NCBI RefSeq assembly: GCF_000181795.1
Contig: NW_003526945.1
Location: forward strand, 535,492-599,491
From: Trichinella spiralis
Lineage: Eukaryota
Length of the DNA: 64,000 nucleotides
Reading direction: 5' to 3'
Shown here: positions 37,401 through 52,495 of the stretch, piece by piece
Numbering within the stretch: the stretch's first letter is position 1
How the letters are laid out: each line of letters starts with the position of its first letter
Program-made: the position numbers and the translations under genes
Notes under the pieces: generated by a model
What the model was told of the DNA's origin: nothing
Databases searched by the model: none
The model's input: the letters and a program-made list of their open reading frames with translations, nothing else

Positions 37401-38238
37401 CAAATGAGGTAGGAACAAATGAGATGTTACCAAGAATTATGAAATCATTTCAGATATTTTCTCGACAACACTGGTCATATTTCTCTAATTGTCATCTTTC
37501 TTCTGAGTTTGCCCACTCTCAGTGGACGTGAATGATGTGATGCATGTTTGCAAAGAAGCTATTTTGCATTTCAGGCGCGAAGTAAAAGCATTGCAAGATG
37601 AAAATTTGAATTTGGAAAAAGAACTACACCGGTACCACATGATGATTGCCCATTTGTGCAACAGAAAGCCAAATGACATTGTGAAGAGTCGTTCCGTGTC
37701 GTCGACTAGCCGCGGTGAGCAGCAGACAGTGTTGACCAACTGTATGAAGAAAGAAAAGGACAAGCAGCATTCGGAATTCGAATCAAAGATGCCACCGACC
37801 AGAGAAAGCAGAAGATTTTCGTGTGTTGATTTTCGAGATTCCAAAGCATCAACGTTTATCCGCAGATCATCGATGCAAAATGCAAAACTGCCCAAAACGT
37901 ACCGCACACGTTTGGAAAGTGTCGATGATGCGCATTCGATTGCATCGTCAAGTTATCTGTTAAGAAGACGATCACCAGATTTTCGAAACAAACACCGAGA
38001 CAGCTTCACAACAATGAATACAATTCCCCACGACAACGTCTCCATTGTTAGCACAAGCAAGCCAAATACGGTCGAACGACAATCCAACTACAGCAAAATG
38101 AGACAAGCTCGTCCAAAATTGGGATATCACAATTCCTCTGACTATTCAATCTATCCGAATTCCACTCCCACTTCTCAGTTTGCACATCGTCAGAGGGCCA
38201 AATCGTTCAGTCACGCATTTCCATACTTGCCCCAATAA
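34424..38238 (+). CDS. Uncharacterised tandem MATH/TRAF-like beta-domain protein with coiled coil and Ser/Arg-rich tail (4 exons)
   Basis: Exons ~34424-34968, 36532-37126, 37266-37408 and ~37575-38238 join in frame. MATH-like patterns PFSYSGLRWRV...CVLDFGFTLINQD...GKRCFI...CLIELKL and PFHYGDFDW. Coiled coil QMRREVKALQDENLNLEKEL. Confidence 0.75.
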
Positions 38239-39089
38239 GATTTTTCAACATCCAGAACTACATACGCATCATTGCTTGCTTCTTTGTTTTTTTTCATTTA
38301 ATCTCCAAAACAACAAGATGCTGCTCTGTTATGCCAGAGAATAAAGATGAAATTTTTTCACTTACAAAATTCACAACGCACAAGTATTATTTATCAGTTC
38401 AAAAAAAGGTATATTACTTATATATATATGTATATATCGATCGCACTCGATAATTTTTTCAATTAAAGATGTAGATTTTCCGATTGAAGTGAAGATGCAT
38501 GCTCATCATAACTTATTTTTATTGAACAGAAAACAAAAGAAAAACAATATCATTGTTGCACACAAACAAACTGAAGCAGAATAATGAATAAATGAGAAAA
38601 CAATTGGAAAGATTGGATGAATGGAATATGGATAGAAAAAACACGTGGAAGCCAAGAGAACGTCAGCTTTAGTATGAAAGCCACAAGATGGAAAATCACG
38701 CATAACAGAAATTTTGTTGTCGTTGTTGTTGGATGAAGATCTTCATTTTGGAAATTTCAATTATGCTGGACTCGAGATAAGGTCAGGCTTGATTCGAGAA
38801 CAAAGAGCAACGATAAAGAAAGCAAAGAGAAGGAAAAAAATTTTTTTAACCGGTAAAGAGATCATTGTGAGAGTGATGACGACGGACAAACGAACGAACG
38901 AACAATTTTGCTGTCGCCAAAACTCACAAAGAACTACTATCCACACATTCACCAGTCAGAAAGTAGAAAAATCGCTTTTCACTTCTAACAAGGCAGCAGA
39001 AGAGAATTAACAGAATTGGTAAAGTAGACGAGCGAAATGGAAGATATGAAGTGCTGCTGTTGCAATATAAACTCAACGAACATCCGGTA

Positions 39090-42000
39090 TTACAGGTATA
39101 CTTTTTTTGTTTTGTAATCACGCGGCAATGTTCCATTTTTCACAGTAAGCAGATCTTTTTCACTTCGTCTGTCCGGATAAGTCATCGTCATGCCGGCTTC
39201 GTTCAGCTTGCCAACAGTCAAATGCGACATGTAAGCTTCGCTGTGATCAGTTCGACTGTTCAACGTTTTTCTCAACGGTGAGTCATAGCTCGGCACCGCT
39301 TCAAATGGAATTTTCCAACGAGCAAACCGATAGCCAAGCAAAAATGACACTGCGGATGCTACAGTCAACGTGACCACAACCGCAATTACCAAATACTCGG
39401 CTGTATAAATTGGCCTTGATTCCACCAACGGATATGCGGAATTGAAATCTAAAACAAATTGTATGCTCAATTTGGTCCATCACAAGTGCTGCCGTGAACA
39501 AACAACAAATACAAAATCTGAAGATTTACCGTTCGTATAAAATCCTTCTTCTGAAGACGCTAAAAAAGATCAATTACATTAATTAGATATATATAATATT
39601 TACATAAAGTTGGAAAAATAATGCTAAAATCCCATTACTGTCCATGCACAACGGAGATTGACCTGAAGAAACACTTTGTGCAAAATCGCTTTCCGACCAA
39701 TTCCTGAAAAAACTTATCATATTATAAAGATTTCAACTTTCAAATGATGTCTAGAATTTTCTCATATAAAAAACAATTTCTCAGAGATTTATTTTTAAAA
39801 AAAATACAATCTATGAGGGTCATGGCCAAAGGTCAGGTCAGAAGCATGGAAGAGAGAAAAAAAAAAGAAAAGCAACTATTACTACTACTATTCCAACAAC
39901 AACAACACCAGAAAAAAAACTTACCCACTGACAGTGCTCACACACTGATTATGAATTAGATCCCACGCGCAATATGGATCTTGCAATTGGGTGCATGTTC
40001 TACAGCTGGTCTTATTGGCACAATAATGTGCAGGAACCAATTTCAACTGATCATTAGTAGATATCAAAAGTGACACCGTTTTTCGATTCGCTTCGTCAGA
40101 ATGCACCAGACGGATGTCCAAGATTGGAAGTTGGTCGGCAAAATAATGAACAGTTTCAATCAAAACAGATTTCACTTTTGTATCTTGTGCAACATTCACG
40201 TATTTCAGCACCCGACCGTCGTTTGTTCCCACAAACAGCACATTGTACGGAAAACCGCTGACTGATTGGACAACATCAACAGCAAGCGCAGTAAACTTAT
40301 ATCTGCAAAAATACGGCAAATTTTATCCAGGCAAAAAAAGATCTACTGCTACTACACTACTACTACTACTACTATAAAAGTAAATTATTATATGTTTTTT
40401 GTAGCTTTGGAAAAAATGACCAAAATATGTTTACGAGTTCGAATTTTCACAAACACTTCAGGCCAAGGTCAGCTTACCCTAAAGATGTATCCACTACTAA
40501 TGGTTGTTCAAAGTAATTTGGTACGGCGTCGCTCAGCAAACTGTGCATGCGAACAAAATTAACCGCACGTTCTCCGAGGGTTTTTGAATTGGCTTGACAC
40601 TACAACAAAAATATGCACAAGCGAATATTAACAATACAGAAGAAGAAAAATGCATAAATTTATACATCGCCAGGTCTAGGATTGGGCAAGTTTGATTTGT
40701 ATACGGGCAACCACAGCGAAGATGGACTCTTTTGGACTTTGAATGGACCGTTGTTGAAAATATAACGCACATCTTCCATGCTGAAGGCACAAATAGCCGA
40801 AGCTCGCAGAGCTGTAGATGGTGTGTTGAAAATGGCATAAATTAATTCCGTCTTTTTTCCATTCCGTTCGGTGATTACCAAATTGCTTGTTGCAGCTAAA
40901 ATTGAAAAAAATAAAACCTCCAACGAAGTGAATAGGGCATGAAAATAAATGTCCATAAATCAACTAGTCAGCTATTTGAGAAAAGTTGAGAAATAGATTT
41001 GCAAATTAGTAATAGAATTTATATAATTGCACTATGGGTTTTGCACGCTGAACTGAACGAACAAATGACCGGACCGATGTTAATTTTAAGCACACAGACG
41101 AACAGCTTCTGCTTAATCTCATCATCATATAGCACATGGCGTCATGTTTTGAAGCCAACAGAACAAAAAACTGTTGCCTCTTGGCTGATGCACCAGCAAT
41201 TGCAAACAACTGTGGTGAGCTGACTTTTAAAATGTACTCTACTTTCACAGTACTTTTGTTTTCATTAAAAACTTGCAACTAATGCTTAACTTCAGCTTAT
41301 AAAATAAATAATCGATCAAACTGCGCTGTGTGCTTTTCAGAATAAAGTTTCAAGATTATAAATTTGTATTCACTATCAGTCAGTTAAGCGTATCTATTGC
41401 AAAACACTTGAACAGAAAACTAGTAATAGTAGTAGTATTATGCAAATCGCACAATGCAAACACACCCTAAGCCCTAGTCATAGTAGCGATCACAGTTAAG
41501 CAAACAACAACTAGACCAATTCAATTCCTCAACGTAAGAATATACCAGCCGTCGGAGAAAATTTTCCTATTGAGTAATCAACGTATAGGATAAATAATAA
41601 TAATAATATGAATATGAATAAATTTTTGCAAAAATATGCCAATCAAATTTACCAATTTCATTAAAGTAGAACGGTACATGGCCTGACAAGGAACAATTCA
41701 GTCGAGCTTTGATATAAGTGGTCCAAGTGTCTGCGTCAGGTTTGTGATCACCCTGATCCGACTTGCAAACTCTGGCAATTCTGCTGAACACAGCCGTTCC
41801 ACAGTTGTTATATTCAGCTGCCGCTTCGCGGAACCAAAAATAAATACTATCGCCATCGTCCAAGGATGAAACAAAGTGTGGATCTTGAATATTTTTATAA
41901 TTAAGAAAAGTAAAACAAACATTTATTTATAATATTTCTGTTGGACAAATGAATTTGCCATTATTACCACTCAAAAATTTCATATCGTATCGTTTTGTAC

Positions 42001-44259
42001 GCAATTCAGCCGTAGGACCAGACAATGGTTTACGGTAAATCAGCGGCAAAGAACCAGAAAAGTCGGCAAATGTCGCCGTGTAAATTTCGTCAGTTTCTGG
42101 TACGTACAAAGCGGTTCCATTTTGCCTCGGATCGTATGGTGAAATAGCTACACCGGAAAATTCACGCACTATCTGATAATCATTTGTCTACAAAATAAAG
42201 CAAAAAATGTACTTTGTTAAAATATGCAAAATTAAAAATCTAAAATATTGACAAACGTACAGAAGTTAATTGATACTGACGACAGAGAGGTTTAAACGCG
42301 TTGGTACCACAAATTATCATTCGGTTGTCAGGTTGCTTGAACATCATTTGTATAAAATTATGACAATCATCCTGTAAAAAAATATAATAATAGAAAACGG
42401 CCATCAACCATACGGTTGACCATCATCATCATCATCATCATCATGTGGATTCATGCTAAGAGCAGTCAGGGGTCGTGCAGGATTTCTTTGTCTGCAAAAA
42501 ATGCTCTTCAAATTTCTATGGACGGTTCCTTCTGACATACTATGGCAGAAGGCACCCACGCAAGGCGAAGGTCACGCGCTTGGCGAGCCGTTTCATATCC
42601 AAAGCCAACTGCAACGACCAACGCCATTATGGCGTTCCAACGCGGTATTGTAATGGGATGAGGTGAGAAAAAAATTGGGTTAAGAGAAGGTCAGAACAGT
42701 CGAGGGTGCACTGTTCAATGGTCGGCTTAATAGCCAATAAAGAAACAAAAGCAAGTCAGGAGACAGCCCAAAAAAGAGTAGTAGCAGTAGTAGTGGTATA
42801 GTGCTAGCAGCAGTATAGTAGTAGCAGTGCATGTCGGCCTTTCTCGAACAAATGCCCAGCCGTGCGCCAACACCTGAGTGCAATTCAATAAGCTCGTGCG
42901 AAAATACAGCTCTCCAAAAATAAAAAAATAAAAACTATCTATCTCGTGCTCTATTTTTTTTTCTTTCATGCATTCATACATGCAGAATTCATTAAATTTT
43001 GTAACAAAACCTGAGTTTTGCCTTTCATCAAACACAAGTCCACATCGTCTGCCGTCGGTGGCCATTCAAGCGTCTAAAATACAATACAAATTGTCAACTT
43101 TGCAAAGATTTATATTTTACCCAAGCAGCTGGGACTTGTCCACATTTCCTATATACAATTAAATTACTGTTTAAAATAAAATTCAAAAAAAGTATATATA
43201 TATATATATATATTGTGTACAGGCTAAAATTCACGACAGCTGTTTGCTTGAACAACTTTCAGCTGCTCAGTGTTCATCTAATCTTTTATTATTACAATTG
43301 ACAGCTAGGCAGTGGTAAAAAAAATCAAATCAACTGTCAACCAGTTGTGTTCACCCTGTCCCAAATTTGGTAAAGAGCGGTTGTAAAAATTTTAAATTAT
43401 GATTTATAACCAAGGACAGGTGATGCGGGGGAATTCTATTTTGGCTAAAAGATTAAGTATCTGAAATTAGAAGAAGGCGGTGTGTTATCTGACCGGGAGG
43501 ACAAGCTACTGAAATTACAAGCACTCAGCTTAGCCAACCAAACGAGGACAACTGTTGCAGTAGTAATCCATTAATACGAGATCGGCAGATGCTTGGCGCC
43601 AAAGCTGAGCATCTGCCTAATGCTGGGTCAGTTGTCTATAGTTTTCCAGGCGCCGGACGCGTCAGCTGCCCCAAACTCAAACCGTAAACAAACTCCTCAG
43701 CAGTCTCTCCTGTTGGTTAAGTATTAGAAAAAAAAGTTAGTTATTATATACCTTAACAACGGACAGCGTTGACAAGCTGACACTGAGCATAGCGTTCCTA
43801 TAAAAACAAAAGGAATTAGAATTAAAAAATACAGACAGAATAGAAAAAATAAATATGACGCTCCGATAGCATCAGTACAGTCAAGCAGAAAATGATCGAT
43901 GCAACTGCCAGCAAGAACAGTCTGACGCATCGTTGGAGCGTGAATAATAAGCGATAAGTTTTCACAATTGCAAAACTTACTTTGTTCCAACAACAATTGT
44001 ACGATTATCTTGAGATAAGAGCTTCAAAAAATTAAAACCGGATCTCACAGCAGTCGGGTAAAGCGTGCGTCCAACGTTGACTAAAAACGATAAAGCCGCA
44101 TTGATACAAATATAATAATTCTTTGCACAAAAAATTATATAAATTTATCAACTCTTCACCTCCATTTATTGGCGTCTTGGAAGCCGTTGGCCAAGTGTAC
44201 ACAACAGTGAACATCACTGTGATTGTAATCCAATAATAATATTCAAATTTACGGTACAT
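39090..44259 (-). CDS. smp-1: Transmembrane class-1 semaphorin (Sema-1a/SMP-1-like), multi-exon
   Basis: Signal-peptide exon 44259-44160. Small exons 44080-43981 (FLKLLSQDNRTIVVGTK), 43797-43752 and 43073-43011 (LEWPPTADDVDLCLMKGKTQ). Sema motifs DDCHNFI, CGTNAFKPLCR, SRIARVCKSDQG, WTTYIKARLNCSLSG..PFYFNEI. PSI domain CTQLQDPYCAWD, TM helix, and tail GTLPRDYKTKKVYL*. Confidence 0.93.
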
Positions 44260-46020
44260 GGTTCGTTTTCAAATAATGCACAGCTTTGGATCACTCTGCA
44301 CTGGCCGTTTGACTGGCTGACAACTGACTGATCGTGATCGACGTATAAAACTGAAATGGATATTCTAAAAAAGAGTAAATATGATTTTAGAAGAAACCGA
44401 ACTCAACTTCTCTCCCCTTCTCCCTCTCCCTCCCTCCCTCCCTCCCTCCCTCTCGATCTCTCTCTCAAGTGGTCAAAGAGAAACAGTGTCGTCGTCTATT
44501 TGGTGACCGCAAAAAATCAACATAATCACCAACAGAGAGAGAAAGAGAGGGGGGAGAGATACATGGAGACACTTTTGGTGACGCGCGCAAGCGGGCGGGC
44601 GAGAAATACAGACATTTGAAGAAGAACACGAAAAAGAAACAAACAGGGAAAAGTGGAAAAAAAAGTTCAGCTTCGGTTCATTCAAGCCGGTCACATGGCC
44701 ACGGGTCAACACACCAACTGACCAAGCCGAGTGGCCGAGAAATTGCACTGAAGGCTAAACAGCAAGCGGGCCAAGATATATAGGCCGAAAAAACTGTCAA
44801 CGCCAAGCATGACCCAGAGTCGGGTCAAGTCGCAAGTTTTAAGCCAATAGTCCATCAAACACACACACACGCATAGGATGATGATCACTGATGCCGGCTA
44901 GATTTCCAATAGTTGACCAAACTAACCAGCTTACTACAACAAAATCACATCGTATACACACACACACACACACACACAGACACAAACATAAATCGATATA
45001 TATGTGTATATAATGTGTGTGTATATATGTGTTGTTTTCAGTATAGCTCAAATGAACAACACCTGCGTGTAATATTTTCCACCATAATTCCATGCCACAC
45101 CTCTTAAACCGGAAATAAAAAGCAATAATCAGTCAATCAATCAATCAATCAATCAATATAGCGATGAAATACTGAAAAGCAAAAAAAGCTTCTTCAATGC
45201 TTACAACTGACCAACGGAGGCAACAGGTAGACGAGAGAGAGAGAAGACAAAAAATCAGCGTGCACTGGTCAAGAGTTGAGGTCGCCGCCAGATGCGCTGA
45301 GCAATTGCAATTGACCAGTGTAAAAATGCTGCCGTCCGTCCACCACAGAGCAGAGTTGTAGTCCTCTCTCTCCCTCTCTCTCTGGGTAAAGAGAGGACAT
45401 ATCAAAAAACCAAGTATGCTGCACTCGTACATAATCTCATAAGCTTAACCCGAGGGTGCCAGCTGCGGATGTTAAACTCTTTTTCAAGTGGCGCTCAAAC
45501 AATTCCGAATAAGCTCAACGATGAGCACTTTGAACAAAATGGAAAAAGATCAAAGCCCGGCCGCCGCAGCTGCAACCCACACACATTAGCCAATAGTCGT
45601 CGGCAAAGTGTCCATCGCAATATACCATCGTTCTTTTTATGTGTGTCTTTTTCTTTCTCTTCTCCTTTCACCATCTTGTCAATCGCTCTGACCCCAAGGT
45701 CGATACTTTTTAGTAATGGGACAGACAGTTTGGAGATACGGCCCGTCGATCCAGTTCCCATCGAGGACAGACACCAGCAACTTCGTTCATTTATGCCTGC
45801 CTGAAAATCGCTGCAAGATATAGATAGCGGCAGCAATACGACTACACACTTCCAGACTGCTGGTCGAAATTGGCACAAAACACTGACACTAATCATTTGT
45901 TCTTCAAAAATAACCTGAAGAATAATAAAATAATACTGGCCAATAAAAAAAAACAAAAAACAAAAGCTCATTTTATTCTTTTATTACAACTTTTCAAATA
46001 TTATCCCAAGTTAAAATGTA

Positions 46021-46051
<31 letters not shown>

Positions 46052-46064
<13 letters not shown>

Positions 46065-48499
46065 GTATATTGCACTAGATCTTTTTATACTACAATGTTT
46101 TATTATTCACCCTCTCCCTCTCTCACTCTCTCTCTCTTTTGAATGCATGTTACAAATATACTATTTATTCATCATCTACCGTAGCATTTTAGATGATACA
46201 ATCGCGTTCGCTTCTTTCGCGTGCAAACAACACACACTACACTGAAATTCTGTTGACTATTTGAAACAGCTAAAATTGATAATAATAGAAAAAACTTTTT
46301 CACCGCTTTTTTTATTTCAAACTGTTATCACCTACCTGTCTCACACCTTGCTAATATGCAATTTTAAGAAAATGTCCCAAAAACAACTTTCAACTGCATA
46401 GAAGGAGCAAATGGGAGGCAATGTAAAACTCAGAATACCTTCTCACGCATGCATACAATGTTACATACAATTTTTAATCATCACTGCTACTTTTGAAACT
46501 GTAATAGGTAAATTACTTTCACAATTTCTTTCAATAAAATTGGTTTACCTGATCATCATCATCATCATCATCATTGTTCAAGTTTTCGTTAATTTTTGAT
46601 AAAATTAACCAAGCTCATAGAGATTGAATGAATAATCTCAGTCTATGAATCCTATATATATATATATATATATATAGGATATTCATATTTTTAAACTAAT
46701 AATTAAGTACATTAATAAAAAAAGAAAAAAAACCACTGAGAAAAAATCTGCATCTAAAATGTAATTATACTGCTGAATGTAAGCGATAATAAATAATAAT
46801 AGTATGATTTTAAGATCTCAAAAAAGTGTAAAAATCATAATCAAAAAACAAAAAAAATAGAAGGACGAATGTAAAACTATTATACTATTTGACTATGAAA
46901 ATTATTTGAAGAAAAAAACATAACAACACAATTGTCTGTTCTTCTTAAAAAGCATAATTGTATATTCATTTTATCTTCAGTCAATAATGACAAGTCTTTT
47001 AACAAATATAAAGGTGTTTAAGCAAAATAAATAGCTGACTTACACACTATAAACACAATGACTGATTCACCACCGCCTGATATTTCTTCTTCTTCTTCTT
47101 TTTCTTTTGCTTCTTCAGCTAAGTAGAGAAAGACAACAAACGCTATAGTAGAAGAGAGAATAGAGAGTTTTATAGCAGAATATTTTTCTAATGTTAGCGT
47201 AATTATTTCAACTAGTAAATTATTAAACAAACTACCTGCCAACCAAAGTTGTTTTTAGCTGACATTAAGCAACACATAAAGATTATGATCAGAAACAGAT
47301 TAAGATCAATGATGCAAATTTAAAAGAATTGAATAAATGATAAAATACACCCGCGTTTTGTTAAACGACGCTTCAGTTTCAGAAACCAAACTACCATTGC
47401 TAGCTAAAGTGATGTATGCAAAAATCAGAATTTGAAATCAATATTCCCAAATCGTCGTTAACGACACAATTGTGAAGAAAGATGACATTACATTATTAAG
47501 ACAGCGATGCAATTCAGCGGAAACAAAATCAATGTTTTCCTTTTCGCGCTAATGCTCACTCACTGATCTTGCCTTCATCAAAGCCGCTGTTCCAACCGAA
47601 GCTACATCATTGAAAGAAACGCAACTATAAAATAACGACATTTTCCAACAAATATCTCGTCAAAATTTATGACTACTTTTATCTTTGCGATTATAAATAA
47701 ATTTCACCGAAAATAATAATAATAACACGCAATATGCTGCATTCTGTTTGACAATCACATACCTCCTATTAAATGCTAACTCTTGAGTGTGGTTGCTATT
47801 GAACAACAGTTTAACGTACACGGAAAACTTCTTATTTATTCGACCATAGTTCCGGATGTTGACCAAGTACACATGGAAATGGCAAAACGGCTACTAAACG
47901 CTGTAACAGTTTTCAGATCATTATCTATAATGGGCGCTTAAAGTGACAAGCAGACGGTCCTCCAGCGATGTTTTCCAATGTCTATCAACAACCCCTGCCT
48001 CCACCAGTACTCCTAGTTTATCCATTCTACAAGTTTTCAATTGGCTAAAATCTAATCGGCGCAACAAATGTCAAATCACGATACTGCATTTTCGTGCAGG
48101 CCAATTTATGACACTAGAAATCGTGTGTGTGTGTGTGTGTGTGGGTCTAGCAAATAAAATCTAAAACTCTCAAGAGAAGAGGTTATCTTTCTCAAAAATA
48201 CACACATGACAAATTTAACTGTAACGAAATGTTCTTCCTACTTCAAAAATCAAAGAAAAAAAAATAATAATAATAATATAATCTCTCCTAATAATTATCA
48301 TTATAAAAATGAAAATATTGAAAAAGCATTGATTGGCGCCTTTTGCAAAATCGAACATTGACCAGCTCCATTCTCAAATCATGATGATGCCTCGAGGCAG
48401 CTTTGAATATTTGCATATTTAAATAAGCTTAATTCAAACTGATGCTAATTGACTGATAACGAAAAACGGTGCTACGCTATACCAAAATTGTACCAGAAA

Positions 48500-48546
<47 letters not shown>

Positions 48547-49722
48547 ATAATAGCACCCGGAATTGTTAACCAACGCATACTGAGAATGGTGATGAACAGA
48601 AGACCACCAAAGACAATAAATAAAGAAATAAATAATTGATTAAAACAATATTTTCCTTTACAATAATACAATTGTATACTATTGTCCAATGCGGAGTGCT
48701 TCTAATTAATATACTACCTGACAACAATAACAGTAACAACAAAAGATAACAAAGCTAACAAATGAAAATGCACNNNNNNNNNNCATATATATATAGAGTA
48801 TAATTGCCACAGATCTTTTTATAACAACAAATGTTTATTTATTCACCCTCTCCCTCTCTCACTCTTCTCTCTCTTTTGAATGCATGTTACAAATATACTA
48901 TTTTATTCCATCATCTACCGTAGCATTTTAGAAGGATACAATCGGCGTTCGTTTTTTTTCGCGGGCAAACAACCCCACACTACACTGAAATTCTGTTGGA
49001 CTTTTTGGAAACAGGTTAAAATTGATTAATAATAGAAAAAAACTTTTTCCCCCGCTTTTTTTATTTCCAAACTGTTATTCCCCTTCCCGTTTCCCCCCCC
49101 TGGTAAATAAGCCAAATTTTTAAGAAAAATGTCCCCAAAAACCAACTTTCATCTGCCATAGAAGGAGCAACATGGGAGGCAATGTAAAACTCAGAATACC
49201 TTCTCACGCATGCATACAATTTACATACAATTTTTAATCATCACTGCTACTAAGAAACTGTAATAGGTAAATTACTTTCACAATTTCTTTCAATAAAATT
49301 GGTTTACCTGATCATCATCATCATCATCATCATTGTTCAAGTTTTCGTTAATTTCAGATAAAATTAACCAAGCTCATAGAGATAGAATGAATAATGTCAG
49401 TCTATGAATCCTATATATATATATATATATATATAGGATATTCATATTTTTAAACTAATAATTAAGTGCATTAATAAAAAAAGAAAAAAAACCACTGAGA
49501 AAAAATCTGCATCTAAAATGTAATTATANNNNNNNNNNCAAGACATTTGTTTGGGTGCCCTTTAACAACACGTCACATTGGGGCAGGTCCTTTGGCAAAC
49601 TCATGGTGAAGCTCTCGAGGGCATCTTGGAGAATTCGCATATTTAAAATGAGCGTATTCCACCTGATGGGGTTGACTGATAAAGAAAAGCGAAAATACGA
49701 TAAAACTGAAGTGTATCAGAAA

Positions 49723-49768
<46 letters not shown>

Positions 49769-49790
49769 CATAGTAGTAGTAGTAGTAGTA
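46052..49790. repeat. Gap-flanked low-quality duplicates: 48784-49528 repeats 46052-46769; 49539-49790 resembles ~48325-48546
   Basis: Same sequence with many indels and homopolymer errors, bounded by N gaps. Probable redundant reads or contigs. Confidence 0.8.
48500..48546. repeat. (AGT)n microsatellite
   Basis: Perfect AGT run; a longer version is at ~49722-49793. Confidence 0.95.
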
Positions 49791-51388
49791 GTAGAGAAAA
49801 CGAATCTTAAACAATCCCTCTGATTGTTAGAGTTGTTTTAATTAATGGATAGAGAGTGTCGTTTTCTTGGTCAAGCAGGTGGAACGAAGCGAATGCAGAA
49901 TGGCTTGGCGTGACCTGCATTTATCCCCCTGTTGGTATAGATAAAAAAGCGTCATTGGTCAATTCACCAATCTGTCTTCTGCGCTGGCGCTAATGGATTT
50001 TCATCATAAAGCCCGTGGCGTTTCCTACAGGAAAAAATATAGACCATGCAAAATCAATAATACTACCTGGCTGGTAATTGTCGTTGTTTCTCAATTATAC
50101 CCAAATTTAATCAATCGATGCACCGTAAACTGGCATACACACATCAACGATCTTTCTGTATACAAAATTCAGGCAAACTCAACTGAAATATGCAAAATAT
50201 TGGCTTTGTTTCCAGTCTTCAGTGAAATTCTGTGATTAGACAAATTATTCAAGCATTAATCTGGATCTTTTCAAACTACAAGAAAAAACAAAAACTCAAA
50301 TGGTGTTTGATTTGACGACAAAAGCACAAGGAAAAATGAATTACACAAACCGTTTAAAGTGGCCTAAACAGATATGAATAAGATGTTGACGTGCAAATGA
50401 TGCAAATGAGAAGATCATGTCCAAATACAGTGTGTGGGTTGTATGTGGTGAACAAAAAATGAAAGTGAACAACAATCAAAGCCAACAAATATCGATCAAG
50501 TTAACAAATTGATAAGATGGAAATGACAGAAAATAGAAAAAAGAAACTACACGCAAAGCAGTCGTCACTATATACTACATTAAAGTATTGTGTGTAAACC
50601 GGACAATTTTGCGCGAGGAAATAAATCAAATCCTTGACTTCAATTATTTATCCAGATTACACTAGCAAAGGTTTTTGGTGCAATAAAAAATATTAAAGTA
50701 TTGTTCATTAAAAAAACACCCTGGTGTTTACGAATTATTTCAACGCATGCTTTGCTAGAAAAGCATGATTATTAATCTAACAACAAACTGCACACAGCTC
50801 AGCTCAGCAGAAGAAAGAAAAATTGCAAAGCTAAAAGTAAACAAAGGCGTGTTTAACATTCTGCTTATCAGCTTTCATAAATGATCTACTGTAACGATAA
50901 GAGTGAACAAGATGCGAGAGGAAACGCTCAAAAGCAAGTAACAACACATGCTTGAACCACACGATGCACATTAGCAACAGTGGAAGAATAAATGTTTTTT
51001 TCCAAGTGCAGTAAATTTAAGCCATTTTCCTCACTACCCAACAACAGTTGCTCATCAAATAATAATAATAATAATAATGCTAACTTATTGCCAACAAAGC
51101 TGTTAACAAGATTAAAAAAAAATTTTTTTTTTAGACTGAGATTTTCGTGTACTAAAAAACTTTGTTGAATAATAAAAGTGGTATTGTTACAGTATTGCAA
51201 TATTTGCAAATTTATTCAAATAACTTACTGACATTTGGAGGAAAAGTTTCAAATTTATTTGCCTAAATTGAAGAAAAGTCCAAACGCTGAAACACAGATG
51301 CGCCTGTTGGTTGAGATATGGAGCTTGTAGAGAAAGCCACCTGCTAATAATAATAATAATAATAACAAAACCAACTTGGCAAACTGAT

Positions 51389-51423
<35 letters not shown>
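51389..51423. repeat. (CAG)n microsatellite
   Basis: Run of CAG triplets outside any supported exon. Confidence 0.9.
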
Positions 51424-51424
<1 letters not shown>

Positions 51425-52452
51425 ATGAACAGCAATAGCGATCAAGCTGACTAACATGAAAAAGCTTTCATTTTATGACGTAATTTAAAGAAGATTTATT
51501 ATTTCACAACTTTCTGTAATAATCATCAAAGCTATCCTAATATAATATAAAGTGGATCAAATGAAGCGTTAATTCAATTGCACTCGAGAAGAAAAGCAAA
51601 AGAAGGAATGCTTTTAATCGCTTTTGAAAATAAAAGTTGTAAATTTGATTTTCAAAATGTTACTTTTTATTTGTAGCACAAAATTTTTACTGAATACTGA
51701 ATTGAATTTATTAAAGCAAAACAAAAAAATAAAAATAATGTGAAAAAGCATCATGAATTCTTATATACAATAATACATCAAGGGTGGATAAAATCTGCAT
51801 TTTTTAATTGTAAATTTTGTTTTTATTTTTTTGAAACAAACTGTACAAAACTCTCATTTGGAATAAAATGTAACAACAACAAAATGCTTTTCTTTTTTTT
51901 CTTACTTAATTTTGCATGAAATGCAAGTCAAGCTACTTACGTAGGACATTATTCATAAACTGAAATTTGCATGCCAAAATTGACTAAAATGCCAAAGGAG
52001 AAATTAGCACCAACGCAACACACACAGTCCTACCAACTAGCTAACTAACCAACCGACTTCTCTGATGAATATTTTTCCTTTTCTCTGGTCAATATTTACA
52101 AATAAAAAAAATATTCAAATTACGTAGGATGTTCAAAAAATAAAATTAAAATGCAAAATAAAGCAACGTATTTCTCACAGGTTGCTTGTTAAGAGAAGTT
52201 AATCAATTGCACGACGAATGCAAACATTTTGCAAGAAGGTGGAAGAAACGTTCAGAAAGCAAAGGTCAACTTTTCAATAATGAAAAAGTGGGTGTGTCAA
52301 AGAAATAACAATGCATAATAATAATAATGATAGTAATAATAAACGTACGTATTTGAAAACAATTTTCAACCATTGTAAATAGTGCGTACTTTGACGCTGC
52401 AAGGCACCAAGTTGGTGTATTGAACAAAAATTGAAAGTTTAATGTTAAAGCG

Positions 52453-52495
<43 letters not shown>

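Noticed and set aside
45495..45971. 158-aa minus-strand ORF upstream of semaphorin
   Set aside because: No recognisable domain, and the semaphorin CDS is already complete from the ATG at 44259.
48477..48689. ORF with a hydrophobic segment and poly-Thr
   Set aside because: Produced by the (AGT)n microsatellite; the annotated start is TTG and no splice context links it to a gene.
48784..49528. Apparent second copy of 46052-46769
   Set aside because: Gap-bounded and error-rich, so most likely an assembly artefact rather than a biological duplication.
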